A program made the translations under genes and the position numbers. Of a stretch of 64,000 nt of DNA, positions 1-10,487 are shown piece by piece; positions within the stretch are counted from its first letter, which is position 1, and the number at the start of each line of letters is the position of its first letter. Location of the stretch: NCBI GenBank assembly GCA_963702845.1, contig OY969763.1, positions 5,792,001 to 5,856,000 on the forward strand, written 5' to 3'. The notes under the pieces are model-generated. The model was not told where the DNA came from. It worked only from the letters and a program-made list of their open reading frames with translations, and searched no databases. Source of the stretch: an uncultured Verrucomicrobiae bacterium. Lineage in GTDB: Bacteria > Verrucomicrobiota > Verrucomicrobiia > Limisphaerales > Palsa-1400.

Positions 1-369
1 CTCATGTACGCCTTTGCCGTCGCGCACAAGAAAGATCGGGCCGTGGTCGCGGCACCACGGTTCATACGCCGGAAAATGATGGAAGCGCACGCGGGCCAAT
101 GGCGTGTTCTCCTTTTGTAATAACCCGCGCACCCACTCTTCCATTTCAGCATTCCAGACGTTGATGTTCACGTCTTCGACCTGCACGAGGTGCTTGATCA
201 GCTCAGCGTAAACCGGCGGAACAGTGTCATATTTATCCGGGAAACTGATGCCTTCGGGACGCGGCCATGTCAGCCAGGTCGCGTGATGAGTTTCCCATTC
301 GGCGGGCATGCGGAAGCCCAACTCGCACGGGAGCGGGCCATTGGAAGGCTCTAAAACTTTGTCAGACAT
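1..369 (-). CDS. aguA: Agmatine deiminase / peptidylarginine deiminase family protein (5' part; runs off the window start)
   Basis: Manual minus-strand translation from ATG at 369: MSDKVLEPSNGPLPCELGFRMPAEWETHHATWLTWP...EPWCRDHGPIF. RMPAEW and WxRDxGP are family hallmarks. Absent from the ORF track because it is open-ended. Confidence 0.9.
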   Translation of the reverse strand, partial: MSDKVLEPSNGPLPCELGFRMPAEWETHHATWLTWPRPEGISFPDKYDTVPPVYAELIKHLVQVEDVNINVWNAEMEEWVRGLLQKENTPLARVRFHHFPAYEPWCRDHGPIFLVRDGKGVHE

Positions 370-418
370 CGAAGATTTACGATTTACCATTCACAAAATG
401 CGCTCCACGATTGCGTAA

Positions 419-2104
419 GTGGAAGCGGCTCGTCAATCGTCAATCGTAAGTCAGAAACCGGTTTTGCGCTACGTCATTGCAATCGCCAGCGGATTGATCC
501 TGACGTGTGCGTTTCCGAAGATGAACGTGCCCGGCCTGGCGTGGGTTGCGCCGGGCCTGCTTTTGTTCTCCGCCCTCGGCACGAGCGGGCGCCGCGCGTT
601 CTGGCTCGGCTTCTTCGGCGGTTTCGCGCATTTCCTCAGTTCACTGTCATGGTTGTTAAACATTCCGTACACATGGCACGGAATTCCGCTCGGGCCCGGA
701 TCGGCTTGGCTGGCGTTGAGCGCTTATTGCGCGATGTTTCCAGCAACGTGGGTTTGGCTCTGCTGGAAAGTTTTTGTTGGTAGGAGACGACGCCTGTCCT
801 CCGTAGCCTCGGCGAAGGAGGATGACGAATCTCTAACTTTCAAAACCTACGTTGCAACCTCATGGACCAAGCGCGCCCTCTGGTGTCTGGCTTGCGCAGT
901 CACCTGGACTGGCATCGAATTTTTTCGTGGCTGGTTCCTCTCTGGGTTTCCGTGGAATTTTCTCGGCGCATCGCAGTTCAAGATGCTTCCGCTGATCCAA
1001 ATCGCGTCCATCACCGGCGTCTACGGAGTTTCGTTCCTGATCGTGTGGCTGTCTGTCGGGCTGGTTAGCGGTGCGATTACGCTCTTCAATAAACCACAGA
1101 GCAAATTAGCAATTTGGTCAGAAGTGGCTCTGCCGGCTCTGGCCGTTGCAGGAGCGGTGCTTTTCGGTTCGGGAAAAATACGCTCGGATGTCGCCCCGGA
1201 TCGAATGGTTAAACTGGCGCTCATTCAACCAAGCATCCCACAGACCGTCATTTGGGACGCGGCAGGTGACGCCCCGCGTTTCCAGAAAGTCCTCTCACTT
1301 TCCGAAAAAAGCGTCACCTTAAAGCCCGACATCATCATCTGGCCTGAATCGGCTCTGCCGGCGTGGACTTCGGTAACGGCGAACGCAATCGCCGGGCTGG
1401 CGACCAGCAACAACGTATCTATCATTCTATGTGGGGACGATGTCGAGCAGTCGACACCGCCGAAATATTACAACGCCGCGTTTCTGCTCTCGCCCGAGGG
1501 AATGGTTAAAGAAGTCTATCACAAGCGCCGCCTCGTTATCTTCGGCGAATACGTCCCGCTCTCGAACTGGCTGCCGTTTCTAAAATGGCTCACGCCCATC
1601 GAGGGGCAATTTACGTCCGGTATTCGTCCCGTTCAGTTTCATGTCGAGAAGCCCGACCTGAAAACATCCGTGCTGATTTGTTTCGAAGACATGTTCCCAG
1701 CCGAAGCCCGGCAGCACGTCGTGGAAGACACGGATTTTCTTGTGAACCTGACCAACGACGGATGGTTCGGCCACGGCGCGGAGCAATGGCAACAAGCAAT
1801 CGGTGGCGTTTTCCGCGCGGTGGAAAATGGCGTGCCGCTGGTCCGCTGCACCAACGACGGACTGACCTGCTGGATCGATTCCGACGGTCGCATCCGCGAA
1901 ACATTTCGCGACGCACAGTCGACAGTTTACGGTGAAGGTTTTCTGGTCACCGAAATTCCGGTGCATCAAAAGCACGCGCAAACGTTCTACAACCGCTACG
2001 GTGATGTGTTCGGTTGGACTTGCTTCGGCATAACGGCATTGCTCGTTTGCAATTATTCCAGAAGACTGTTTACACCCTGCAACCGATCTTCCATCGCCTC
2101 CTGA
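419..2104 (+). CDS. lnt: Apolipoprotein N-acyltransferase
   Basis: N-terminal TM helices, GFPW motif, nitrilase-fold motifs WPE, K..LV.FGEY, ICFE, NDGWFG, RAVENG. Confidence 0.95.
   Translation: MEAARQSSIVSQKPVLRYVIAIASGLILTCAFPKMNVPGLAWVAPGLLLFSALGTSGRRAFWLGFFGGFAHFLSSLSWLLNIPYTWHGIPLGPGSAWLALSAYCAMFPATWVWLCWKVFVGRRRRLSSVASAKEDDESLTFKTYVATSWTKRALWCLACAVTWTGIEFFRGWFLSGFPWNFLGASQFKMLPLIQIASITGVYGVSFLIVWLSVGLVSGAITLFNKPQSKLAIWSEVALPALAVAGAVLFGSGKIRSDVAPDRMVKLALIQPSIPQTVIWDAAGDAPRFQKVLSLSEKSVTLKPDIIIWPESALPAWTSVTANAIAGLATSNNVSIILCGDDVEQSTPPKYYNAAFLLSPEGMVKEVYHKRRLVIFGEYVPLSNWLPFLKWLTPIEGQFTSGIRPVQFHVEKPDLKTSVLICFEDMFPAEARQHVVEDTDFLVNLTNDGWFGHGAEQWQQAIGGVFRAVENGVPLVRCTNDGLTCWIDSDGRIRETFRDAQSTVYGEGFLVTEIPVHQKHAQTFYNRYGDVFGWTCFGITALLVCNYSRRLFTPCNRSSIAS
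780..840. repeat. REP-like palindromic element with a second 30-bp hairpin element nested in it, inside the lnt coding sequence
   Basis: gtaggagacgacg[cctgtcctccgtagcctcggcgaaggagga]tgacgaatctctaacttt; the outer parts match gtaggagacgaggtaacgaggctctaacttt at 36160-36190. Confidence 0.7.
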
Positions 2105-3060
2105 ATCGGCTTGCAACGACCCCACGCTGCGTCCTGCGTTTCGCCGGGGAACGGTTTCATCGCAATTTTCACCACGGCCGCGACCTCACCGTTTCGATCG
2201 CGCAATGGCAACGTCAGTTCAATCAAGCTCTTGCTCCGTGTGCAGAAACCGTTCGCGCCTTGTAGCGTTTTGATTTCGTAGTCGCCACCCTCTTGGTTGA
2301 TGTCTTTCGGATTAGTCGCTGCAATCACGCGAGGCTTGTTCGAAGGTTGGGGCGCATAAACTTTAATGCCCACCAACTTCTTGTTCGGAAACTTCTCCAT
2401 CGTCTCTTTCACCAGCGCTTGGGCGAATGGCAAATGTGGCGTGTATTCGATGTGCAAATCAGAAAAGAGCACCTGCGAATCTGACTTTGTCCAAAGCCCG
2501 ATTTGCCCTTTAATAAATGCCGTATCCGTGATCGCCGGAAGAAGGCTTTTGCCATCCAGAAATGAATTAATCTTGTTACCTTCGCATTGAATACTCAATC
2601 CATGCCACTCATCGCGGGTCACTTTTACGTTGTTGCCGAATAGTTTTCCGCGGAGTCCGCCTACGAAGGATACAAACTTTGCGTTATTCCCTAACGCACT
2701 GACACTTATGCAATAATAACTGCGCTCATCTTTGGCGCGGAAGACAATTCCTGCCCTTTGGTCCTTTTCCCCGCCGACAATCTTGAAATGCATGGTCACC
2801 GTGAAGTCCGAAAAAATTTCCCCGCCATATAACAACACTGGAAAGTGTTCGTCGGTCGTTACCAGATCCATTTGCGTCAACGCGCGTTTGCCTTCGTGCT
2901 CGATGACGCGCCAAGTCCCCGGTGCGCCATTGCCTGTGATGGCACTGACGAAATTACTCGGGGTGCTTCCAGCCGGAAGCTGAGTGAAATCAAAATGCTG
3001 TTCCGCTGCAAACGCCGTTGCAGCCGTCGCCAAAAACAGCGGGAGGATAACTTTTAACAT
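2053..3060 (-). CDS. Secreted DUF1080 / 3-keto-disaccharide-hydrolase-like jelly-roll protein with an extra C-terminal domain
   Basis: Signal peptide; DF.V...FK, AGIVFR, WH.L.I...G..I...LDG and G.IGLW...F.DL patterns. Confidence 0.65.
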   Translation of the reverse strand: MLKVILPLFLATAATAFAAEQHFDFTQLPAGSTPSNFVSAITGNGAPGTWRVIEHEGKRALTQMDLVTTDEHFPVLLYGGEIFSDFTVTMHFKIVGGEKDQRAGIVFRAKDERSYYCISVSALGNNAKFVSFVGGLRGKLFGNNVKVTRDEWHGLSIQCEGNKINSFLDGKSLLPAITDTAFIKGQIGLWTKSDSQVLFSDLHIEYTPHLPFAQALVKETMEKFPNKKLVGIKVYAPQPSNKPRVIAATNPKDINQEGGDYEIKTLQGANGFCTRSKSLIELTLPLRDRNGEVAAVVKIAMKPFPGETQDAAWGRCKPIQEAMEDRLQGVNSLLE

Positions 3061-3160
3061 TGCGCGGCAACCGTATCAGAAACGCGGAGGCGGGCAAGTG
3101 TTGTCGTGCGACCGACTCACAGGTGCGTTTGATTTTCTTCTTAGTCCCCGTGGGAGCTTA

Positions 3161-3196
3161 ACAAAAAACCCATCCAGCTCGCGCTGGATGGGTTGT
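3161..3196 (-). terminator. Intrinsic terminator of the RRM gene
   Basis: Hairpin aacccatccagc-tcgc-gctggatgggtt with an A-run on its left (U-tract on the minus strand). Confidence 0.85.
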
Positions 3197-3220
3197 TAAA
3201 TTTGAAACCAGGAGGTTTCG

Positions 3221-3613
3221 TTAGCCGCGGTATCCGCCGCCGCCGCCGCGACGTTCTCCGCCGCGGTCACCGCCACCACCACGATAGCCACCGCCGCCGC
3301 CGCCGCCGCCACCCCCACGATATCCACCACCACCACCGCCCCCGCCGCCGCCTGGGGGACGATCTTCACGGGGACGAGCTTCATTGACCGTCAGAGCACG
3401 GCCTTGGAAGTCCTTGGAGTGAAACATTTGGATGGCCTTTTGGGCATCTTCTTGAGACGCCATTTCGACGAATGCAAAACCGCGGGAGCGGCCAGTCATG
3501 CGATCTTGCATTATGTTAACAGACACCACGACGCCGGCTTGCGCGAAATGATCTTGCAGGTCGTTTTCGGTCGCGGTGAAGGTGAGGTTTCCTACGAATA
3601 GTTTAGCTGACAT
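3221..3613 (-). CDS. RRM RNA-binding protein with Gly/Arg-rich tail
   Basis: RNP2 LFVGNL, RNP1 RGFAFVEM, VNEARPRE, poly-Gly/YRGG tail. Confidence 0.95.
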   Translation of the reverse strand: MSAKLFVGNLTFTATENDLQDHFAQAGVVVSVNIMQDRMTGRSRGFAFVEMASQEDAQKAIQMFHSKDFQGRALTVNEARPREDRPPGGGGGGGGGGYRGGGGGGGGGGYRGGGGDRGGERRGGGGGYRG

Positions 3614-3777
3614 ATACTTCTAACTTTAACCCTGGTGTTTAATCTCTCGTCGGCCACATGGCGCTATGAGCCCACGCGAACGAACCGACGTTTCCGTGCC
3701 AGGAATTAACGAACTCTATTGACAATCACACAATGTATGCAACGAAAAAGGTTTGGAAATTTCATCCCCTAAAATTG

Positions 3778-4452
3778 CTACATCACCATAGGAGAAACCA
3801 TTACGACGAACTCGCCCTTAATCGAGCGCTGTTGAAGTTGAGTGAGCAGATCGCGCGGTTTGCCCCGGAGAAACTCTTCGAATTTCTTGGTGATCTCGCG
3901 TGCGAGTACTACCTGGTGATTGGGAAATATATCGGCTAGTTCCTCGAGCATTTTGATAACGCGATAGGGCGATTCGTAGAACACCAGTGTGCCCGGAACA
4001 CTTTTTAATTTTTCGAGCAGGTTTCGGCGTTGGCCGGATTTGTGCGGAAGGAAACCGACGAAATGGAATTCGTCGCAAGGCAGTCCACTGGCGGTCAAGC
4101 CAGCGACGAGAGCGCATGGGCCGGGAATTGGTTCCACTTTGAAACCGGCCGCGATGGCTGCTTTAACGACACGTTCGCCGGGGTCGCTGATGCCGGGTGT
4201 GCCGGCGTCAGTGACGAGCGCCACTTTTTCGCCGCGTTGGAGACGTTGCAGGATTTCCTCGCTGCGCTTTGCTTCGTTGAATTGGAAATAGCTGAGCAGA
4301 GGTTTGGAGATTTCGAAATGCTTGAGCAATTGACCGGTGCGACGGGTGTCTTCGGCCGCAACAATATCGCATTCTTTCAACACGCGAATGGCGCGCAAAG
4401 TCATGTCTTCGAGATTGCCGATCGGTGTCGCGACCAAATAAAGGATGCTCAT
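3778..4452 (-). CDS. rsmI: 16S rRNA (cytidine1402-2'-O)-methyltransferase
   Basis: LYLVATPIGNLED, AEDTRRT, DAGTPGISDPG, YESPYR, REITK.FEE; start placed at MSILY (4452). Confidence 0.95.
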   Translation of the reverse strand: MSILYLVATPIGNLEDMTLRAIRVLKECDIVAAEDTRRTGQLLKHFEISKPLLSYFQFNEAKRSEEILQRLQRGEKVALVTDAGTPGISDPGERVVKAAIAAGFKVEPIPGPCALVAGLTASGLPCDEFHFVGFLPHKSGQRRNLLEKLKSVPGTLVFYESPYRVIKMLEELADIFPNHQVVLAREITKKFEEFLRGKPRDLLTQLQQRSIKGEFVVMVSPMVM

Positions 4453-4454
4453 AA

Positions 4455-6041
4455 TTAATCGCCCCACATGGGGCGGTCAGGCTCGACGTGGTTGACTTCG
4501 TAGCCTTTGAAGTACGTTAGCAAAGGTTTCAAATACTCCGCATCGCCGTCGGGCGCAAACACGACCTGCGCACGGTCGATGTTGGCGCGATTGTAAATCC
4601 ACTCAGTTTTTGGGTTGTGCTTTGGCGCGTATTGCACGAGCACTAGTTGTTTGTGCGGGGATTGTTTCAGCGTCGCAAGCATATCTGCGCGCTTGTATTG
4701 CCATTGCGTTTTTTGATCTTTCCACAAACGCGCGGTGAACATCGTCAAGCCGAGTAGGCATAAACCGATCAGTAGAAGTCGCGCCAATAAGCGAGTGCGG
4801 TCATGAGCGTGCAGTGTTCGAAAACCATAGAGCACCAGCGCGATGAACAACGGCAGGATGGGTGCGGAGTAATGTGGTTGTGCCCAAAAGGAGCTGCCGA
4901 GTGTGAGCCCAATTAGTGTGACGAACACGCACAAACAAATGCGGACTTGCGGTCTGCGCCAGAGGAAGAACGCCGGAATGATCAACAATGCAATAATCCC
5001 GTGTAAAAAATAGCGGTCGTATAATTTCAGTTTCGGCCAAAGCCCACGAACGAATCCGGAGAACGATCGTTGCATGTTGGCGTCGCGCTTTTCGTCGTCG
5101 TAGAAGCGATTGATTTCGAGGCGATGATTGCGGTCGTTTTTTGGATCGGCTTGCCAAATGAAGAGGGCGTTGCGGCTATACGTTTTTTCGTAGACTGCGT
5201 AAGGAGGTTGGAGCGGGTTGCCGGTGACGCGGAAATTGTAATAGGCATCGAATGTCAGAAACGGGAACACTCCTATAACTAAGGGAACAACGAAACGGCC
5301 AATGACATTCGATGGGCGCGTTTTCCAGAATGACCAAAGGCAAACGGCCGCAACCAGCGCGCACAACGCGGCTCCTTCGAACGGTCTTGTGATTGCCAAA
5401 ATGCCGGCGCCAATGCCAATCGCAGCGCTCGTCCACGGGCACGGTTTCGTCAACGTTCGAAACATTCCGCCGAGCACGAGCGCGCCGCCGAGCATCGGAA
5501 CGCAGCCGCCCCAGAAACTCCAATTCCACCACAGTACCTGAGCGTTGAAGAACGCAAGCGCCGCACCGGCGAGCGCCCAATTCGGTTTGAACAACGCGCG
5601 CAACATCCAGAAGAGTGCGGCGATGGCGAGCGCAGTTGAAATCCAAACGCCCAAAATTGGTTTCCATACGATTTGTCCAAACGCGAGAAACAGGCCTTGG
5701 CCCGGCTGGTATTTGGAGGCGTAGGTCGGTTGTTGCAAAACGTGGAACGTTTCGAAATAGCGCCAGAGTGGATGGGTGGGATTGGTCAGTCGGCCCTGCG
5801 CGAACGTGTCACCTTGCAGGAGGTAGCTGAACTCGTCGTGAATGCGAGGTTGAGGCAGACGATAGAATAGCGTCAGCGCGATGCTGAAGGCGAAGACTCC
5901 AAACGCAAGCCACATCATGGCCCAACGTCCGTTCGCAAATTGAGTGAGCCGCACTTCGATTCGATGAAAAAAGCGCCGGCCAAAATTCGGGCGGATCAGG
6001 GCAGAAATGCAGATGGCCGCAAGTATCAGGAACGCTTTCAT
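4455..6041 (-). CDS. Polytopic membrane protein, probable GT-C-fold glycosyltransferase
   Basis: Many TM segments; HDE.SY motif after the first TM helices and a KY.PG motif, typical of ArnT/PMT-like proteins. Confidence 0.55.
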   Translation of the reverse strand: MKAFLILAAICISALIRPNFGRRFFHRIEVRLTQFANGRWAMMWLAFGVFAFSIALTLFYRLPQPRIHDEFSYLLQGDTFAQGRLTNPTHPLWRYFETFHVLQQPTYASKYQPGQGLFLAFGQIVWKPILGVWISTALAIAALFWMLRALFKPNWALAGAALAFFNAQVLWWNWSFWGGCVPMLGGALVLGGMFRTLTKPCPWTSAAIGIGAGILAITRPFEGAALCALVAAVCLWSFWKTRPSNVIGRFVVPLVIGVFPFLTFDAYYNFRVTGNPLQPPYAVYEKTYSRNALFIWQADPKNDRNHRLEINRFYDDEKRDANMQRSFSGFVRGLWPKLKLYDRYFLHGIIALLIIPAFFLWRRPQVRICLCVFVTLIGLTLGSSFWAQPHYSAPILPLFIALVLYGFRTLHAHDRTRLLARLLLIGLCLLGLTMFTARLWKDQKTQWQYKRADMLATLKQSPHKQLVLVQYAPKHNPKTEWIYNRANIDRAQVVFAPDGDAEYLKPLLTYFKGYEVNHVEPDRPMWGD

Positions 6042-6104
6042 TAACGCGAGTTACCAGTAAACAGCAAACAGTAGTGAGTGAACAGTTCGAACCAATGAGA
6101 CTTG

Positions 6105-6956
6105 TTACTGCTTACTTGCTTCAACCACTCGTTCCAAAATCACATCGGTAATGTGCGGTTCGGTGCCGACGCTGCGCGTATACCAGACGAGTTTTCCTTT
6201 CTTCTCCGACGGATTGCGCCACGTTGGCTGCCCGCTTTTGAGCCGCTCCTGCACAATGCGTTTAGGTTCGCCGAGCATTTCGGGAATGTCCTCAACTGTG
6301 TGCATGCCGTCGCTGATAAAAAAAGGAACCACGATGATGTTCTTTTTTACCGCTAATGTGTAGCAGTCGACGATGCGCGGTTCTTCTTCTATGAAAATCG
6401 GGTGAACGTCATTGTATATATTCATCGCGGCGATCAATTCAACCTGATGCTCAATTGCTTTCCGCGAGTTATCGTTCGCGGTGGTTCCGTGACCGGCGAT
6501 GAACAGAGACGTGTCTTTTGGTTTGGGCGCACGCGGGAAAGGAAACTGCTCCACGATTTCCCTAGCTCGCCCAAGCAGGGCATTGGTCATGCTTTCATGC
6601 GTGCCGATGGGGTGACAGTAATATAAGGTTTGTGCGCCGCGTTTTTGGATGCGGTTGAAATCAGGTTCTCCTTTTTGGCGAAGACCGAGTTTTTCGGGAA
6701 TGGCCTCTTCGCTGAAGTAGCCTTCACTGATGAGAAGCGGAACGACAAATATTCGCGAGTTGGAAATCCCACTTACGACCACATCGACCAACGGTTGTTC
6801 TTTCCAAAATGCTGGCAGGACTTGTGCGAATATTTTGCGCCGACGTAACTTCTCGACGTGCTGACGCACGGGCGCGGCCGATTCGATGTTCACAGTGGAA
6901 CCGTGACCAACAATCACGAGCGAAGCATCTAAAAACAGTTCAGGCACGACGGTCAC
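6105..6956 (-). CDS. cbiX: CbiX/SirB-family sirohydrochlorin chelatase (two domains)
   Basis: Duplicated GHGS/GHGT motifs, VVPL/VVPFFISDGMH and VGT patterns. Confidence 0.8.
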   Translation of the reverse strand: MTVVPELFLDASLVIVGHGSTVNIESAAPVRQHVEKLRRRKIFAQVLPAFWKEQPLVDVVVSGISNSRIFVVPLLISEGYFSEEAIPEKLGLRQKGEPDFNRIQKRGAQTLYYCHPIGTHESMTNALLGRAREIVEQFPFPRAPKPKDTSLFIAGHGTTANDNSRKAIEHQVELIAAMNIYNDVHPIFIEEEPRIVDCYTLAVKKNIIVVPFFISDGMHTVEDIPEMLGEPKRIVQERLKSGQPTWRNPSEKKGKLVWYTRSVGTEPHITDVILERVVEASKQ

Positions 6957-7135
6957 AATTAAGATGTAAGAGCGCGGAATTAAGAAGTCAAAACGCCTCG
7001 GCGCTGGGTGATTAAAACACGATTTTAATCACACCTTTGATGCGGGCCTATTCTCTCGACTGCGTGATTAACGCTGCTGGGCTAATAACAAATGTACGCA
7101 GAGCGTGCGATTTGGTTTGGGCCTTTTGGATCGCG

Positions 7136-7528
7136 CTAGGCGCTGAAGCTTTCGCCGCAGGAACACGTGCTGGCAGCATTCGGATTTTTGACTTTGAAAC
7201 CGCCGTCCTGCAGTGCGTCGACGTAGTCCAACTCGCTGCCGGTGACGTAAAGCGCGCTCTTGGGATCCACCACCACTTTGATACCGCCGCTCTCGACCAG
7301 AATGTCGCGATTGGCCGGTTGATCCTGGAGGTCCATTTTATATTGCAACCCCGAACAACCTCCGCCGATAACTGCGACCCGCAGCACGCCGCCCGGACGT
7401 CCTTGTCGTTGCAACAATGATCCAACTTTTTTGGCTGCGCTGTCGCTCACCTTGATCAAGCGTTCGTCACCGACGCGAAAAGTCGGTTGAGCGCTTTTGG
7501 TGGAACTGTTCGGAACAGGCGCAATCAT
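7136..7528 (-). CDS. HesB/IscA/ErpA A-type Fe-S carrier
   Basis: GGGCSGLQY and NPNA..TCSCGESF motifs. Confidence 0.95.
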   Translation of the reverse strand: MIAPVPNSSTKSAQPTFRVGDERLIKVSDSAAKKVGSLLQRQGRPGGVLRVAVIGGGCSGLQYKMDLQDQPANRDILVESGGIKVVVDPKSALYVTGSELDYVDALQDGGFKVKNPNAASTCSCGESFSA

Positions 7529-7581
7529 TACGCTTAAAGTATCGTTTGGGAGAGCTTAACGTCAATGCTGACAGGTGCTGC

Positions 7582-9018
7582 CTATGCCGGTTGCACTTCG
7601 ACTTCGGTGTGCGTTTCCGGCGCGAGCGCTGGTTGGGAACTGTGGCGCAGTCGTTGCGCTTTCGCCTGGCGGCGCCACGTCTCGATGCGAGCGGTAAGCG
7701 CAAGCACTAACAGCCACAGCATGAGATTTCGTGGTTGGACAAGAACTCGTTCTAGAATGCTTTGTAGATAGTTGCACGAACAACCGACGCCGATACCAAT
7801 GCTGACGACACCGAGAAAATGGTTCCTGAAGAAAATTGCCGCACGGGCATTCAGGAACAGGAAGTAGATGATGAGAATCAGATAACTGATGTAACCTGGA
7901 TAACCCGTCTCGGATAGCAGGAGATAGTAATGGCTCTCGACGATTCCCTTCGATGTGTCCACTTCTTTGAACTCATTGTGGTCTTTGAAATATTGATCAA
8001 TCAGGCTGCCGTAGGGATAAGGCGGGTTGATGAGCACGCCGAAATTATTCCAGCCACCGCCGAGAGGATAATCGCGCAGCATTTCGCGCGACGCGATGTT
8101 GAGCATGCGGCGCGTTTCAGAGCTGTCGGCATTGTAGGTGTCGTTGAAACGATTGATGATTGTTTGCAACGATGCGGCGATACCGACGCAGACAACGGCG
8201 GCCAAGCTCACAACGACCAACAGCCGGCGAATTGTAATTTTGTCCGCCAATCCGATCCCCATCACAACAACCGTCCCGATCGCAAAAGCAACCAATCCAC
8301 CGCGTGACAAAGTGCATTCGACAATCCATGCCGCTGCGCAAAATCCCACTAAATACAGTGTGGAACGTTTTTGTTTTGGCCCCGCCGCGGCGCTCAGCAG
8401 AACGACGCCGATCAGGATAGAATACATCGACAAGGGGTTTTGGTGCTCGAATGTGCCGATGACCTGGTAGAGGTGATCGGCATATTTCAACTTCAGGCAG
8501 ACGATCAGTTCCCAAAACAGGATGAAACAAAACGTTGTGAGGAACCAGCGAACGCGTTCGGTGTTTTGCAAATAATTGTATGCCGCGACAAAGATCACGA
8601 TGACTTCGGCTGCTTTTACCGCGGCCATGCAGACGTATTCCGGATGCGGTGCGTTGATGATTGATACAAAACTCAAGCAAATGTAGACGACGTATAGAAT
8701 CAGGCCGGGCGGCAGCAAACGAAACCGTCGTGGCGATTCGAGAAAATTCGCAACGATCAACGCGCCTGCGAGTGCCTCGTTGAAATAGAAGTGATAGCCA
8801 CGCGCAGTGCCGCGATAGAACGGATGAAAATCGATCGTCAGACCCCATTCTGATGGTCCGAAAAAACCCGAGATCGTCATGAAACACATGACGAAAAACA
8901 CCCAGTCCTGAATTTTCGTTCGTCCTCTGATCAGCACGCCGAACAACGGCGCAAAAATAAAGTAAGCGAAGAACAGGACACAAAGCTTGATTAGGTCAAC
9001 AGTATCCAAACCGCTCAA
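7582..9018 (-). CDS. O-antigen ligase / Wzy-like membrane protein
   Basis: Polytopic; GTFEHQN, T.SRGG, P.G.G..NF and ES.Y...LSETG motifs of the Wzy_C family. Confidence 0.8.
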   Translation of the reverse strand: MSGLDTVDLIKLCVLFFAYFIFAPLFGVLIRGRTKIQDWVFFVMCFMTISGFFGPSEWGLTIDFHPFYRGTARGYHFYFNEALAGALIVANFLESPRRFRLLPPGLILYVVYICLSFVSIINAPHPEYVCMAAVKAAEVIVIFVAAYNYLQNTERVRWFLTTFCFILFWELIVCLKLKYADHLYQVIGTFEHQNPLSMYSILIGVVLLSAAAGPKQKRSTLYLVGFCAAAWIVECTLSRGGLVAFAIGTVVVMGIGLADKITIRRLLVVVSLAAVVCVGIAASLQTIINRFNDTYNADSSETRRMLNIASREMLRDYPLGGGWNNFGVLINPPYPYGSLIDQYFKDHNEFKEVDTSKGIVESHYYLLLSETGYPGYISYLILIIYFLFLNARAAIFFRNHFLGVVSIGIGVGCSCNYLQSILERVLVQPRNLMLWLLVLALTARIETWRRQAKAQRLRHSSQPALAPETHTEVEVQPA

Positions 9019-9203
9019 TGTTAAGCTGGATTTACCGCAATGAAATCAGGGCAACCTGCGAAGAATGCTTAAGTGTCGGCATGAGACCATTGAGGCAATG
9101 CACGCATCGAAGAAACAGCGACTGACCCGATGGTCAATTAACAGTGTTCCGCGCTTAATGGGATGACACATTCGGTGCCCGATTTTGGGTTTTAAAGGTT
9201 GTC

Positions 9204-10487
9204 ATGATGCAAGTCGCTCACGTATTGCGAAAATACGATCCCCGCGAATGGGGCGGAACAGAAACAGCGGTAAAACGGCTTTGCGACGGCTTGCGCGTCC
9301 ACGAGGTCAAATCAATCGCGTATGCGCCGCGTCTTTCGGGCGTGGTTCGTAGCGATCCGCTCGGTGCTGCCGGTCATCGCGTCGAAAGGTTCAAAGCCAT
9401 TGTTCCAGTTTGGGGAATCGGTGCGGAACAACGGCGCGCTCTCGTTGCGATGGGTGGGAACCTGATTTCACTCGATCTCATCTGGCAATTGGCGCGCGAG
9501 GCGAATATCGATTTGATTCACGCGCACACCCAGAATCGTCTCGGCGGAACGGCCCTGACGATCGCGCGTGCTCGTAATATTCCGCTCGTCGCGTCAATCC
9601 ATGGCGGAGTGCTCGATTTGCCGGCAACGGCGAAGGCGCATCTTGCTGAACCGTTGCGCGGCGGTTTTGAATGGGGAAAATTTCTTGGAGCATTGTTGCG
9701 CTCACGAAAGGTGCTCGAGCAGGCCGACGCGATTTTGACCTGCAATCGCAATGAAGCGCGATTGCTACAGGAGAAGTATCCAAATCAACGCGTGATCGTC
9801 CAGCCGCACGGGATTCCAGCCGACGATTACGCGCATGATCATCGCGCGGATGCGCTGGCGGCATTTCCGGGAATCGTCGGCAAACGCGCGTTGTTGATGG
9901 TCGGTCGCATCGACACAGTCAAGAACCAGAGTTGGGTGGTCGAGCAGGCGCCGTGTATTTTCCAACGTTATCCGGACACAGTTTTGGTCATGGCTGGCGC
10001 TAGCACCGACGACGCTTATCTCGCAAGTATTCGAGCACAGATTCAGAGGCTCGGTTTGCAGAATAACATCATCATGACCGGTGGCCTGCCACCGCAGGAT
10101 CGGCGGTTGATTGGATTGTTTCAGCAGGCAGTGGCGCTGGTGTTGCCGTCGATCTCGGAACCGTTTGGTTTGGTGATTTTGGAAGCGTGGGCCTCCGGTA
10201 CACCGGTGATTTCGAGTCGCACATCAGGGGGCAGCGAGCTGATTCAACACGGCGAGAACGGTTGGTTGTTCGACCTTTCTGATCCAATCGGCTTTCACGA
10301 ATCGCTGCATGAGGCGCTGACCAAACCTCAGGCGACGAAGCGCGCAGGGGAACTTGGCCGCGAGCGAGTGCGCGCACAATATGACTCGGTCGTAGTCGCG
10401 GCCCAGGTGAAATGCTTGTATGAGGAGCTAATCGAACGGAAGCGCGGAGCGCGTCTTGCGCCGAGGCTTCAGGAGGGGCGGGCATGA
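9204..10487 (+). CDS. Glycosyltransferase family 4
   Basis: GG.E N-terminal motif, VGRI...KN, PS.SEPFGLVILEAWASG.PVI. Confidence 0.92.
   Translation: MMQVAHVLRKYDPREWGGTETAVKRLCDGLRVHEVKSIAYAPRLSGVVRSDPLGAAGHRVERFKAIVPVWGIGAEQRRALVAMGGNLISLDLIWQLAREANIDLIHAHTQNRLGGTALTIARARNIPLVASIHGGVLDLPATAKAHLAEPLRGGFEWGKFLGALLRSRKVLEQADAILTCNRNEARLLQEKYPNQRVIVQPHGIPADDYAHDHRADALAAFPGIVGKRALLMVGRIDTVKNQSWVVEQAPCIFQRYPDTVLVMAGASTDDAYLASIRAQIQRLGLQNNIIMTGGLPPQDRRLIGLFQQAVALVLPSISEPFGLVILEAWASGTPVISSRTSGGSELIQHGENGWLFDLSDPIGFHESLHEALTKPQATKRAGELGRERVRAQYDSVVVAAQVKCLYEELIERKRGARLAPRLQEGRA

Noticed and set aside
3225..3355. (CCG/CCA)n microsatellite
   Set aside because: Explained by the poly-Gly tail of the RRM protein.
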